From a bacterium (GTDB lineage Bacteria > Electryoneota > Electryoneia > Electryoneales > Electryoneaceae): a stretch of DNA of 64,000 bases. Where the stretch lies: positions 160,001 to 224,000 of the forward strand of contig CAXXKJ010000002.1 of the NCBI GenBank assembly GCA_963675295.2. The letters are read 5' to 3'. The notes below the pieces were generated by a model that saw only the letters and a list, made by a program, of their open reading frames with translations, did not search any database and was not told where the DNA came from. Of this stretch, positions 1-7,697 are shown one piece after another (position 1 is the first letter of the stretch; every line of letters starts with the position of its first letter). The position numbers and the translations under genes are program-made.

Positions 1-1
1 T

Positions 2-283
2 AATTTCATCCGTCACGAATCCGGGATGTACCGTCTCAGCTTCGAGGACAATGTGTACCTCGACGCCGCGCTCTTCCGTGATCTGATCCGTCAGGGTGAT
101 TATCACTGGGGTGTTGGTGAGTTCCGGATGGCGCGCACGTATTACCAGGAAGCATTGCAACACAAGTTTGGTGTGTTCATGCCCCGCTATATGAACTCTC
201 CATTATTTGACGAGGCTCGGGAGTACTACGAGGAAACCGAGGAGCGAATCCGTCAACGACTCGGTTTCGAGTCGGAGCGCTAG
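2..283 (+). CDS. C-terminal part of a SARP/BTAD-like transcriptional regulator (begins before the window)
   Basis: Frame is open from base 2 (NFIRHESGMYRLSFEDNVYLD...YYQEALQHK...EERIR) and aligns residue for residue with the C-terminus of 7698..9095 (SFVRHESGVYRLDFGENVYID...FYLEALQHK...EERIR). Confidence 0.8.
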   Translation, partial: NFIRHESGMYRLSFEDNVYLDAALFRDLIRQGDYHWGVGEFRMARTYYQEALQHKFGVFMPRYMNSPLFDEAREYYEETEERIRQRLGFESER

Positions 284-638
284 CCTAACTGGCGTGAAAC
301 ATGGCTCTTACAAACCCTTAATACGTCATCCGGGACTGAGAATTTCCCTCGGCTGAGTGATTGAAGGAGTCGTGTAATACATCCGTCTAACCGCTTGTCG
401 TACCATAGTCTTGCAGGAAGCGAAGAATTCAGAGTTTGTCGAACATACTGCGATGACAAACAACAGAATTTGGTGTTTTGGGCGGTTTCTTGTTTTACGG
501 TCGCTTTGAGGGAGCATGACCGTGAGAAATCCGTCAGAAACGAATTGAGGGTACTGTAAGGGGAGTTTCGGGATGGATTGTGGGGAGTCCACATCCTGAA
601 AACGTGAGAAACAAGTTCTCCGCAGCCGGAATGGGTAT

Positions 639-1376
639 ATGAGGCAGAAGAACACCGTTGAACCACAGGGCACCGCGACAGCACCGCCCGGCGTAAGCAG
701 CATGTTGAAGCCTTCTCGTAAGGTTGACATCCTGTTGCGTCGTATCGACCACATGGCCGAAGCGTGCCTGATCGTCGACCCGGATGGCCGCATTGTGACT
801 GCGAACAGCGAGGCCGGTCGAATCTTTCAGATCAATCCGGACAAGCTGCTCGATAAGCGGGTAACGGATTATCTGCTGGTCAACGATGATCAATTGTTGA
901 TGCCGGACGAGCAGTTGCTGATGGACGACTACGGGTACCCGCTCATCGTCGCCATGCGTTCCGATCATTCCTTCTTCCTCGCGCAGCTGCGTGGGGTCCG
1001 GATCATGATCAATGAGGTCGAGCGTGTATTCCTGATGATCGGGGATGCCAGCCTTGCTGCCCAGCGGGATGAGGAGCGTGTCCACAAGATTCAGCAGGAA
1101 TCGGTAAACGTGATTTTGAACACCCTGGCGCATGAGATCAACAACCCGTTGATGATTATCCAGGCGATTGCCGATTCGATGCGGCTCGGGTTCATCAGCG
1201 AAAGCAGCCGTGATCGCAGCTTGCGTCAGATCATCGAGCAGGTCCGTCGGATCAATTCGGCGTTGGAAGAGCTGCGTAAGAATCCGGAGCTACAGGAAGT
1301 GACGTATCACGGCAAGGCGAACGTCTACAAGCTGGATTCGAAGCAGAAGCCTCCATCAACAGACGACCAGGGGTAG
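639..1376 (+). CDS. PAS + HisKA protein lacking an HATPase domain
   Basis: PAS-like segment (ACLIVDPDGRIVTANSEAGRIF) and H-box (TLAHEINNPL); protein ends about 70 aa later with no N/G1/G2 boxes. Start codon uncertain. Confidence 0.75.
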   Translation: MRQKNTVEPQGTATAPPGVSSMLKPSRKVDILLRRIDHMAEACLIVDPDGRIVTANSEAGRIFQINPDKLLDKRVTDYLLVNDDQLLMPDEQLLMDDYGYPLIVAMRSDHSFFLAQLRGVRIMINEVERVFLMIGDASLAAQRDEERVHKIQQESVNVILNTLAHEINNPLMIIQAIADSMRLGFISESSRDRSLRQIIEQVRRINSALEELRKNPELQEVTYHGKANVYKLDSKQKPPSTDDQG

Positions 1377-1417
1377 CACAGACAAATACAGGTTACAGGG
1401 TTTGGTAGTACCCGGGC

Positions 1418-1451
1418 AGACGGATCGCGAGTTGGTTGCGGTCCGTCTTTT
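1418..1451 (+). terminator. Intrinsic terminator
   Basis: AGACGGATCGCGA/TTGCGGTCCGTCT stem followed by a T run, downstream of 639..1376. Confidence 0.6.
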
Positions 1452-1714
1452 CTCTTGCTCGGCATGGCGGTGAGATCACTACGGCCGCGGGATTCATCCC
1501 GTGCTGTCATTCTCTGGCAATGGGTAAAAGCTGGAGAACTGACGAAGGGTACCGGGCAGGTCATTCTGATGCCGGGTTCGTTTACGGCAGAAGAAGGTCC
1601 CGTTTCGCGACAGGTCAACCGGAAACGCAGCCAGGTCAGAACTGGATCTTTCTCTCGCCTCTTCGTTCCATTCTGCAGGACGCATGCATCAACCAGACGC
1701 TTGCCGCTAAACGC

Positions 1715-1743
1715 AGAAACCACGTTCCGGGAACGTGGTTTCT
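1715..1743 (-). terminator. Terminator-like palindrome at the end of the secretin/chaperone locus
   Basis: AGAAACCACGTTCC-G-GGAACGTGGTTTCT perfect inverted repeat 30 bp after the stop of 1774..2457. Confidence 0.55.
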
Positions 1744-1773
1744 ATATGGATCTGGAAGGTCTGATCGAGTCGT

Positions 1774-2457
1774 TTACAACTGAGGTAGTATCCGTTGTGC
1801 CAGTGTCAAGCGGTAATACCCTTCATCCGCCATCAGCGGCATCAGGCTGGAAACCCTCAGTTGTACAACATGATCGCCTGGAGCAATCGGGATGTGGAAG
1901 CCATAGTTGTTCTGGGAGTGCAGTGGACGCCACGGCCCTCCGTCTACCCGGATTTCCCAATCCAGTTCGAGGCTGTCGATGGCTTCCTCGCCGCCGTAGA
2001 GGTTGTGCACGTAGGTCAATTCATCGAGCACATCGAGTTCACCGTCTGCGTTGTACAGGTTCCAGACCATCGGATGATTGGTGTAGAACGTGCCCGTCAG
2101 CACCGCCTGCAACGGATCATCCGATCCGACACGGTGCCACTGGTAGTTGGTCCAATCCAGCTGGTACGACATCTCGATCTCGGGGTCTGGAGTGTCAATT
2201 TCCTCGTCGGTTTTGTTTTCACCTTCCAGGTAGAAGCCCGCCCGGTTCAGACCGAAGGGGCTGTCATTGGTGATCATGCTCGATGACAAGCCGCGTTCCT
2301 CAATCGGCTGAGCGGTACGTGTCGGCCGCTTCTCCGGCGCACTGGACTGGCTTTTGGAGGAGGAAGAAGGCTGAGCCCCGACGTTTACCGTGACAAACAG
2401 CAGCATCACGGCAAGCATCAGCAGCGCTGATAATCGTAAGCGATTTCGATATCTCAT
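1774..2457 (-). CDS. Secreted protein, putative minor fibre subunit (paralog of 4317..5009)
   Basis: Sec signal peptide (…TVNVGA|Q) and Ser-rich linker; shares TxYx[FW]HR[IV]G, [ML]YGG, DH and the C-terminal D[DE]GYYxL…P[EQ]L with 4317..5009. Confidence 0.65.
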   Translation of the reverse strand: MRYRNRLRLSALLMLAVMLLFVTVNVGAQPSSSSKSQSSAPEKRPTRTAQPIEERGLSSSMITNDSPFGLNRAGFYLEGENKTDEEIDTPDPEIEMSYQLDWTNYQWHRVGSDDPLQAVLTGTFYTNHPMVWNLYNADGELDVLDELTYVHNLYGGEEAIDSLELDWEIRVDGGPWRPLHSQNNYGFHIPIAPGDHVVQLRVSSLMPLMADEGYYRLTLAQRILPQL

Positions 2458-2479
2458 GTTCTATCCTTTATCACCCGTT

Positions 2480-4114
2480 TTACAAGGTGAAAACGCGTGC
2501 TTTCAGATACGTCGGCTCTTCGCTGTCATACGCGACACGAACCACCGCGCGATACTTCCCGGATGGAATACCGGGAAGACTCAGGCGGAATGCACGGTCT
2601 GAGTTGGGCATAATGACCGCTTCATGTCCTCCGAATACAGGTGTATCGGTGAACAGATCATAGACGCCTGGAGCGACTTCCTTTTCGATAACGATATTGC
2701 CATCGGCGTAGCAGTACCGGGATCCGGAATTATGAACAATAAAGGAGAAATCGCAGTAGTCCTCTTCACCGTCTGTGCGTGTTTCTATGTATACGCTGTC
2801 GATTTCGACTGCAACCTTGCCGGCATCCGGTCCCTTGAGAATCATCAGCTGTGTGCGAATCCCGCGGAATTGGTCCAGCAGCTCCGGATCCACGCCTTCC
2901 GGAATAAAGGTGATGGCACCGTAGAATTCGCCATCTACGGCATCTTCCGGTGTGTGAACCTTCGCCTTCACCGACGTCGACCGTTTCGGCAACAGGACAA
3001 TGTCGGTGTCAAGGATTTCAATCCAGTCGGTGCAGGAACGGTTGTGCGGCGGCAGCACGTTGCTGAACTTCGAATAGCCGCTCGGATCGATAAACCATTC
3101 CAATAGTTCTGGATGCAGCTTGATCGTATCATTGGAAACGTTTTGCAGATTGATGGCGAGATAGCTGTCGCCACCCGGGCTCAAGTTGCGTTGCAGGATT
3201 TTTTCCCGCAGACGGAACCGGGGCATTGCCGCTTTCAGCAATGCTTCGGTACCCTCAGCGGTTTCGTTGAAACGAACCTTTCCCTCGCGGATGGAGAATG
3301 GCAGGTTTTCGGTAATCGTCCGGCCTTCCCGTGTCCGCAGGTTGAAGCTCATCAGGTAGTAGCCATCGACCAGCGAGCCTCCGCCACTGGCACGGAAATT
3401 CCGTGTCCTTCCGGGAAGGATATAGCCCTGGCCACTTTCGAGGGGAACGGTTTCCAGCCGCACGCCGGCCGAACTCCACAGCGTGAAATCGCCACGTGCC
3501 GTGGTATGCACCAGGCCCTCGTTGCGAATACCGAGCAGAACCTCCCAGCCCGCGGTTTCCGCGAGGACGTTGTTCTGCAGTTCCGCCTCTTGACCATTCG
3601 GATACACAATCAGTGTGTCAGGATAAAGTACCGCTTCGTTTCGTCCGGATTGCACCACCGGCATCAGTACAGTTCCAGCCTGGCTCAGGATTTTGAAGCC
3701 GGCACCACCGTCTTCCAGATCAATCTGACGTTCATTGACATTGACCAGGAACATCGCGTAATAGGCACCTTGTGCATCACGGGGTGCTTCCACTGTGCCC
3801 GTGATCTCAACCCGTTGCATTGGTCCAACCACAGCTTCCACCGGATCCAGCGTGATCCAATCCGCACAGCCACGATCATAGGTGGAATCGGACGCGTACG
3901 GACGTCCTTCTTCCGTGATGTCCATGTTCTTGACAAGGAACTGGATCGATTCGGTCTCATCGCCGTCATTGATCGCGGTAATCGTGAATGTCGCCTGCTT
4001 GCCGCGATAGACTGGGATTTCCTGCACTGGTGGGCTCAGCACAATACTGGCCTGGGCCAAACCGGCAGCCAGAAGAAGCGTGAAGAGGACCAATGTGGAC
4101 AGACGGCGGATCAT
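2480..4114 (-). CDS. Secreted, internally duplicated pilus-chaperone-like Ig-fold protein (PapD/EcpB/DUF916-like)
   Basis: Signal peptide, then IVLSPPVQEI…FTITAINDG; two repeats with RGCADWI/RSCTDWI and GAYYA/GEFYG, each followed by an NxG…[LM]P…RxF domain. Confidence 0.65.
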   Translation of the reverse strand: MIRRLSTLVLFTLLLAAGLAQASIVLSPPVQEIPVYRGKQATFTITAINDGDETESIQFLVKNMDITEEGRPYASDSTYDRGCADWITLDPVEAVVGPMQRVEITGTVEAPRDAQGAYYAMFLVNVNERQIDLEDGGAGFKILSQAGTVLMPVVQSGRNEAVLYPDTLIVYPNGQEAELQNNVLAETAGWEVLLGIRNEGLVHTTARGDFTLWSSAGVRLETVPLESGQGYILPGRTRNFRASGGGSLVDGYYLMSFNLRTREGRTITENLPFSIREGKVRFNETAEGTEALLKAAMPRFRLREKILQRNLSPGGDSYLAINLQNVSNDTIKLHPELLEWFIDPSGYSKFSNVLPPHNRSCTDWIEILDTDIVLLPKRSTSVKAKVHTPEDAVDGEFYGAITFIPEGVDPELLDQFRGIRTQLMILKGPDAGKVAVEIDSVYIETRTDGEEDYCDFSFIVHNSGSRYCYADGNIVIEKEVAPGVYDLFTDTPVFGGHEAVIMPNSDRAFRLSLPGIPSGKYRAVVRVAYDSEEPTYLKARVFTL

Positions 4115-4151
4115 TGTGCTTCCTCGGTGTAGGGTTGCGGGTGCCTGGTTT

Positions 4152-4169
4152 TAGTGAAGTTGTTTACAA
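4152..4169. promoter_or_regulatory. Possible Rex operator
   Basis: TAGTGAA-gttg-TTTACAA matches TTGTGAA-N4-TTCACAA at 12/14 positions, 38 bp upstream of the chaperone-like gene; rex is in this window. Confidence 0.3.
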
Positions 4170-4260
4170 AGCTACGAAAAGAAATATCAGAAAACAACGA
4201 ACATACTCTATAAAATTCGGTTTGTGTGCGCTATACGTGTAAGAATTATTAGGATTGCAA

Positions 4261-4296
4261 AAAGTGGTCCCAATCGGCCGGGCTCCGATTGGGACC
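4261..4296 (-). terminator. Intrinsic terminator after the putative major subunit gene
   Basis: GGTCCCAATCGG/CCGATTGGGACC 12-bp stem (4266-4296) followed on the minus strand by ACTTTTT. Confidence 0.75.
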
Positions 4297-4316
4297 TTGT
4301 AGTACGTCAGAGGAAC

Positions 4317-5009
4317 TTAGAGTTCCGGAACCGGGCAGCCGGCGATTTCCAGGCTGTAGTACCCATCGTCGATGTGGTACGGCAGGAAGAATTCACCCTT
4401 GAACTGGAACCAGTGGTCGCACTTCGCGATGACAAAGCCAATACCGTCATCATCCGGATTCATGAACTCGGTCCACGCGGGGTTACCAGCACCCGGAACG
4501 AGGCCATCACCGTAACGACCGTACCAGGTCAACGGGATGTCGCCACCACCACCATACATACCACCACGGAACACGAGCTCTTCAAAGCCATCGGCACCCG
4601 GGGTCAGGCCAACCCAGTTGGTCTGGTTCGAGCGGACGGTACCTTCAATGATGAATTCGACGGTTTCGTCGGCGTTACCAATGCGGTGGAATTCATAGTG
4701 CGTGTGCGCGTAGGTCTCGATCATGTGCAGTTCAACCCACAGCTCGATCAGGATCGGCGCGTAGCTGATGATCTGGTGACCACCCATGCCGTCGTAGTTG
4801 AAGTTGTTGACGTAGTCGCCATCGGTCGGATTCCACAGGCAGAGACCGGAATTGAAGCTACCAGTCGCACGGTCCCAGTTGTTCGGGTTTTCACCCCAAC
4901 CAGCGCCATAGATACCGTAAGCCGGCGGCGGATCAGCCTGAACGGCCGTCACGGCCAGACCAGAAATCGCAAACAAAGCAACAAAAAGGGTAAGCGCGAG
5001 CTTCTTCAT
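4317..5009 (-). CDS. Secreted protein, putative major fibre subunit
   Basis: GGAGG RBS at 5019-5023, ATG 5009 (MKKLALTLFVALFAISGLAVTAVQA|D); beta-rich; C-terminal DDGYYSLEIAGCPVPEL; own terminator. Confidence 0.7.
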   Translation of the reverse strand: MKKLALTLFVALFAISGLAVTAVQADPPPAYGIYGAGWGENPNNWDRATGSFNSGLCLWNPTDGDYVNNFNYDGMGGHQIISYAPILIELWVELHMIETYAHTHYEFHRIGNADETVEFIIEGTVRSNQTNWVGLTPGADGFEELVFRGGMYGGGGDIPLTWYGRYGDGLVPGAGNPAWTEFMNPDDDGIGFVIAKCDHWFQFKGEFFLPYHIDDGYYSLEIAGCPVPEL

Positions 5010-5349
5010 CGTACACATCCTCCAAAATAGCACCTATATTGGTGCATGTTCTGCCGGCACGTTTTCCCGAACGTGTTCGGCATGTTCCCTAGCCGTCCAG
5101 GTAAGCCTTCCCAAGCAAAGCCTGGACGGTTTTGCAATTGCCCCAGGGGGGCCCTTTTGCGGGTGTGGGATGACCCGGAACACATAAGACGATCCCACTA
5201 TCCCATTGAGAAAGATCTTTGGCTTTTTCTTTGTTTCCCGTGAATTTGGGCTTCAGAGTCAGAATGTTGTACCACGAATGTCTCTGATATCACCGGTTCG
5301 GAGCCCTTGTTTTTACACGGTTTTCGCTAAGATTTTGTGCGCACTGCAA

Positions 5350-6933
5350 TTACACGATGTGCGGAGTCACAAAAATCACGACTTCAGACTCACGTACCGA
5401 CTCCGCCGTGTACCGGAACAGGTAGCCGAGGAAAGGAATACTGCCGAGCAATGGGATCTTCCGTTCCTCACTTTCCTCGATTTCCAGGCTGAGTCCACCA
5501 ATGGTGAAGGTTTCGCCGTCTACGACACGGACCGTGGTCTCTGCACTTCGTGTATTGATCCGCGGAAGTCCATCGCTGTCCTGGCCGACCACATCACCCA
5601 CCTGGGGGAAGACATACATCGTGATCGTGTCGTCCCCTTCCGCAACGAAAGGCGTGATGTTGAGCTGGATGCCTGAACTGATGGATTGCAGCGTGTTGTA
5701 TGCGAAACTTTGTGCGCCTGAGGTCTGCGCCTGGAACCATTCTTCCCGTACCAGCTTGATACCGGCCGGGTGGCCGTTCATCGCCGTGATCCGCGGATTT
5801 GCACGGATTTGTGCATCTCCGCTCTGCAGCAACGTTTGCAGCGTGGCGTTGATGTCGAGAATATTCCCCGCGATGTCCGCACCGAGATCCGTCATCGTAA
5901 ATTCAAAGGCCGGATTGTCAATGCCCGGTGAACCCGCCGAGAACTGCCGGGCGCTTTCTTCGGACCGGTTGGCCGCCGACCAGTCGATGCCGAGCTGTAG
6001 CGACCCTTCGTGGCTGATTTCCGCGACAATCACATCGATGCTGATCTGCACAGGCGCCTTGTCCATCTCTTTCAGGTCGCTTTCGATGCGTTCCAGGATC
6101 ATCGACGGGGCGGTGATCACCACCGCGTTCCCAGAACGGCTGGCCTTGACATATGGGTTGAAGAATTCAGAAACCGTCAACACGGCCTCGTTGGCCAGAA
6201 TGTTCGCCAACGGTACAATCCGGGTTTCGGACAACAGGGCAAACGCCGGATCTTGCGTGCTGATGCTGCCGACGAAATACTTGCCGCCACGTTCACGGAA
6301 CGCATACCCCAACGGAAGCAGGATCGACTCCAGCACTTCTTCCAACGGTTGGTCGATGGCGTCATACGTGACCAGGCCTTCCAGCCCGCCGCCGTACAGA
6401 ATCGGCACGCCGGCTTCCATCGACAAGTCGGACAACACGACACGCAGGTCACTTTCAAAGAAGGAGTTGGTGATCCGCGGCTGATCGTCCTCCATGGACA
6501 AATCTGCGTCCACAGCAGCGCCGGCAGCCGGTTCATCAGTCTCCTCATACGCCGGGGCGTCCTCACGGATCGCGCGCTGCCAACCCTTCAGCCGCCACAC
6601 CTTGCTGCTGTCCTTTTCCGTTCTCGCCCAGCGGAAGGATTCCTGAATCGCATCGCCGGCAGCGTCCGCGTCACTCATATAAAGGTGAGCTTCCGCGAGC
6701 ATCAGGGTGAGGTCAAATCGTGCCGGGGATGGGTCCATCTTGGACAGCGCGTCGTTGAGATAGGACACAGCTTCAGAATACCGTTCGGATTTCAACATGT
6801 CGTGCGCGAACGATTTGCTGAGCTGCTGCTGGTGGTTCCGGGTTTCATCGCGTGCAAAACCAGGAACAGCCGTGGCGAGAACAAGCACCATAAGGCACAT
6901 GATCAGGGGGTTTTTCGACTTGTTCCAGTCCAT
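5350..6933 (-). CDS. Secretin (GspD/PilQ superfamily) with an N-terminal TPR-like region
   Basis: N0-like FFESDLRVVLSDLS, N-domain (SGNAVVITAP…DKAPVQISIDV), core motifs ANPRIT, GIQLNITP, VRVVDGETFTIGGL, KIPLLGSIPFLGYLF, EVVIFVTPHIV. Start at 6933 follows an RBS. Confidence 0.93.
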   Translation of the reverse strand: MDWNKSKNPLIMCLMVLVLATAVPGFARDETRNHQQQLSKSFAHDMLKSERYSEAVSYLNDALSKMDPSPARFDLTLMLAEAHLYMSDADAAGDAIQESFRWARTEKDSSKVWRLKGWQRAIREDAPAYEETDEPAAGAAVDADLSMEDDQPRITNSFFESDLRVVLSDLSMEAGVPILYGGGLEGLVTYDAIDQPLEEVLESILLPLGYAFRERGGKYFVGSISTQDPAFALLSETRIVPLANILANEAVLTVSEFFNPYVKASRSGNAVVITAPSMILERIESDLKEMDKAPVQISIDVIVAEISHEGSLQLGIDWSAANRSEESARQFSAGSPGIDNPAFEFTMTDLGADIAGNILDINATLQTLLQSGDAQIRANPRITAMNGHPAGIKLVREEWFQAQTSGAQSFAYNTLQSISSGIQLNITPFVAEGDDTITMYVFPQVGDVVGQDSDGLPRINTRSAETTVRVVDGETFTIGGLSLEIEESEERKIPLLGSIPFLGYLFRYTAESVRESEVVIFVTPHIV

Positions 6934-7542
6934 TGTCCTTCTCTCCGTGAATGACGATGGGTGTTGCGTCATCGTTTGTTCGCTCTGTTTCCACCGATGA
7001 GGATCTTCTCATCAGGTTGCGCCCTGTGGAAACAAATTCTCCGAGTTCCGCTCGTAATCGCTTTTTCAAGTATCGCCTGTCTGATGATCAGACGGGCTGA
7101 TTGGGAAATTCGCGATTTCTGCGTGCCATGGTACCGGATTGGGTTAGACCATTGTACTACAAAAACGCCGAATTCCCCGACAAGAGTCCAAAACACCCAT
7201 AAAGCTCTAAAAATAACTGGGAGTTACGATTTGCTTTCTCTGGAGACAATACGCGAAAAACGCCGATATCGGTCAAGCGTTGTCAGAACACAAAGTTTGA
7301 AAACGTTTAGAATCCGGCTTGGAGAGGAGAGGTAGGTGAGGTACTAGCATTGTGCTAGCGACTCAAAATTAGTATACTCTCATCAGAATTTTAACTAATT
7401 CGCCGCGTTTACTCCGGCAGTATCAGTATTCGGAGGATATGGGTTTGTAAAAGAGAGGCGCGAGAGCTCGGGTAAGGTGTGTAGACACAACCAGATAACA
7501 CCATTTCGCTGTTTTGTGGTTTCATCAATCTTTAAAAAAAGC

Positions 7543-7572
7543 TTGACTACGAAAAAAGCTCGACCGTATTTT
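7543..7572 (+). promoter_or_regulatory. Possible sigma70 promoter
   Basis: TTGACT-N18-TATTTT upstream of 7698. Confidence 0.3.
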
Positions 7573-7697
7573 CCGCGCAGACGTGTTAATCCTCAATAAG
7601 CGAAATGTTTGAGACAACTCTCCGGAACCCTTAATGAAACTCCACGGGCGCGGAGCTTCAGGGCAAAACGGGTGAAGATCACGGTTTCCGGTGTACG

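Noticed and set aside
1377-1773. Possible sRNA or small gene in the convergent gap between two terminators
   Set aside because: No recognisable RNA motif, RBS or coding signal; ORFs there look random.
7105-7130. TGGCACG on the minus strand upstream of the secretin as a sigma54 promoter
   Set aside because: No GC at the required -12 position (GG-N10-GC spacing fails).
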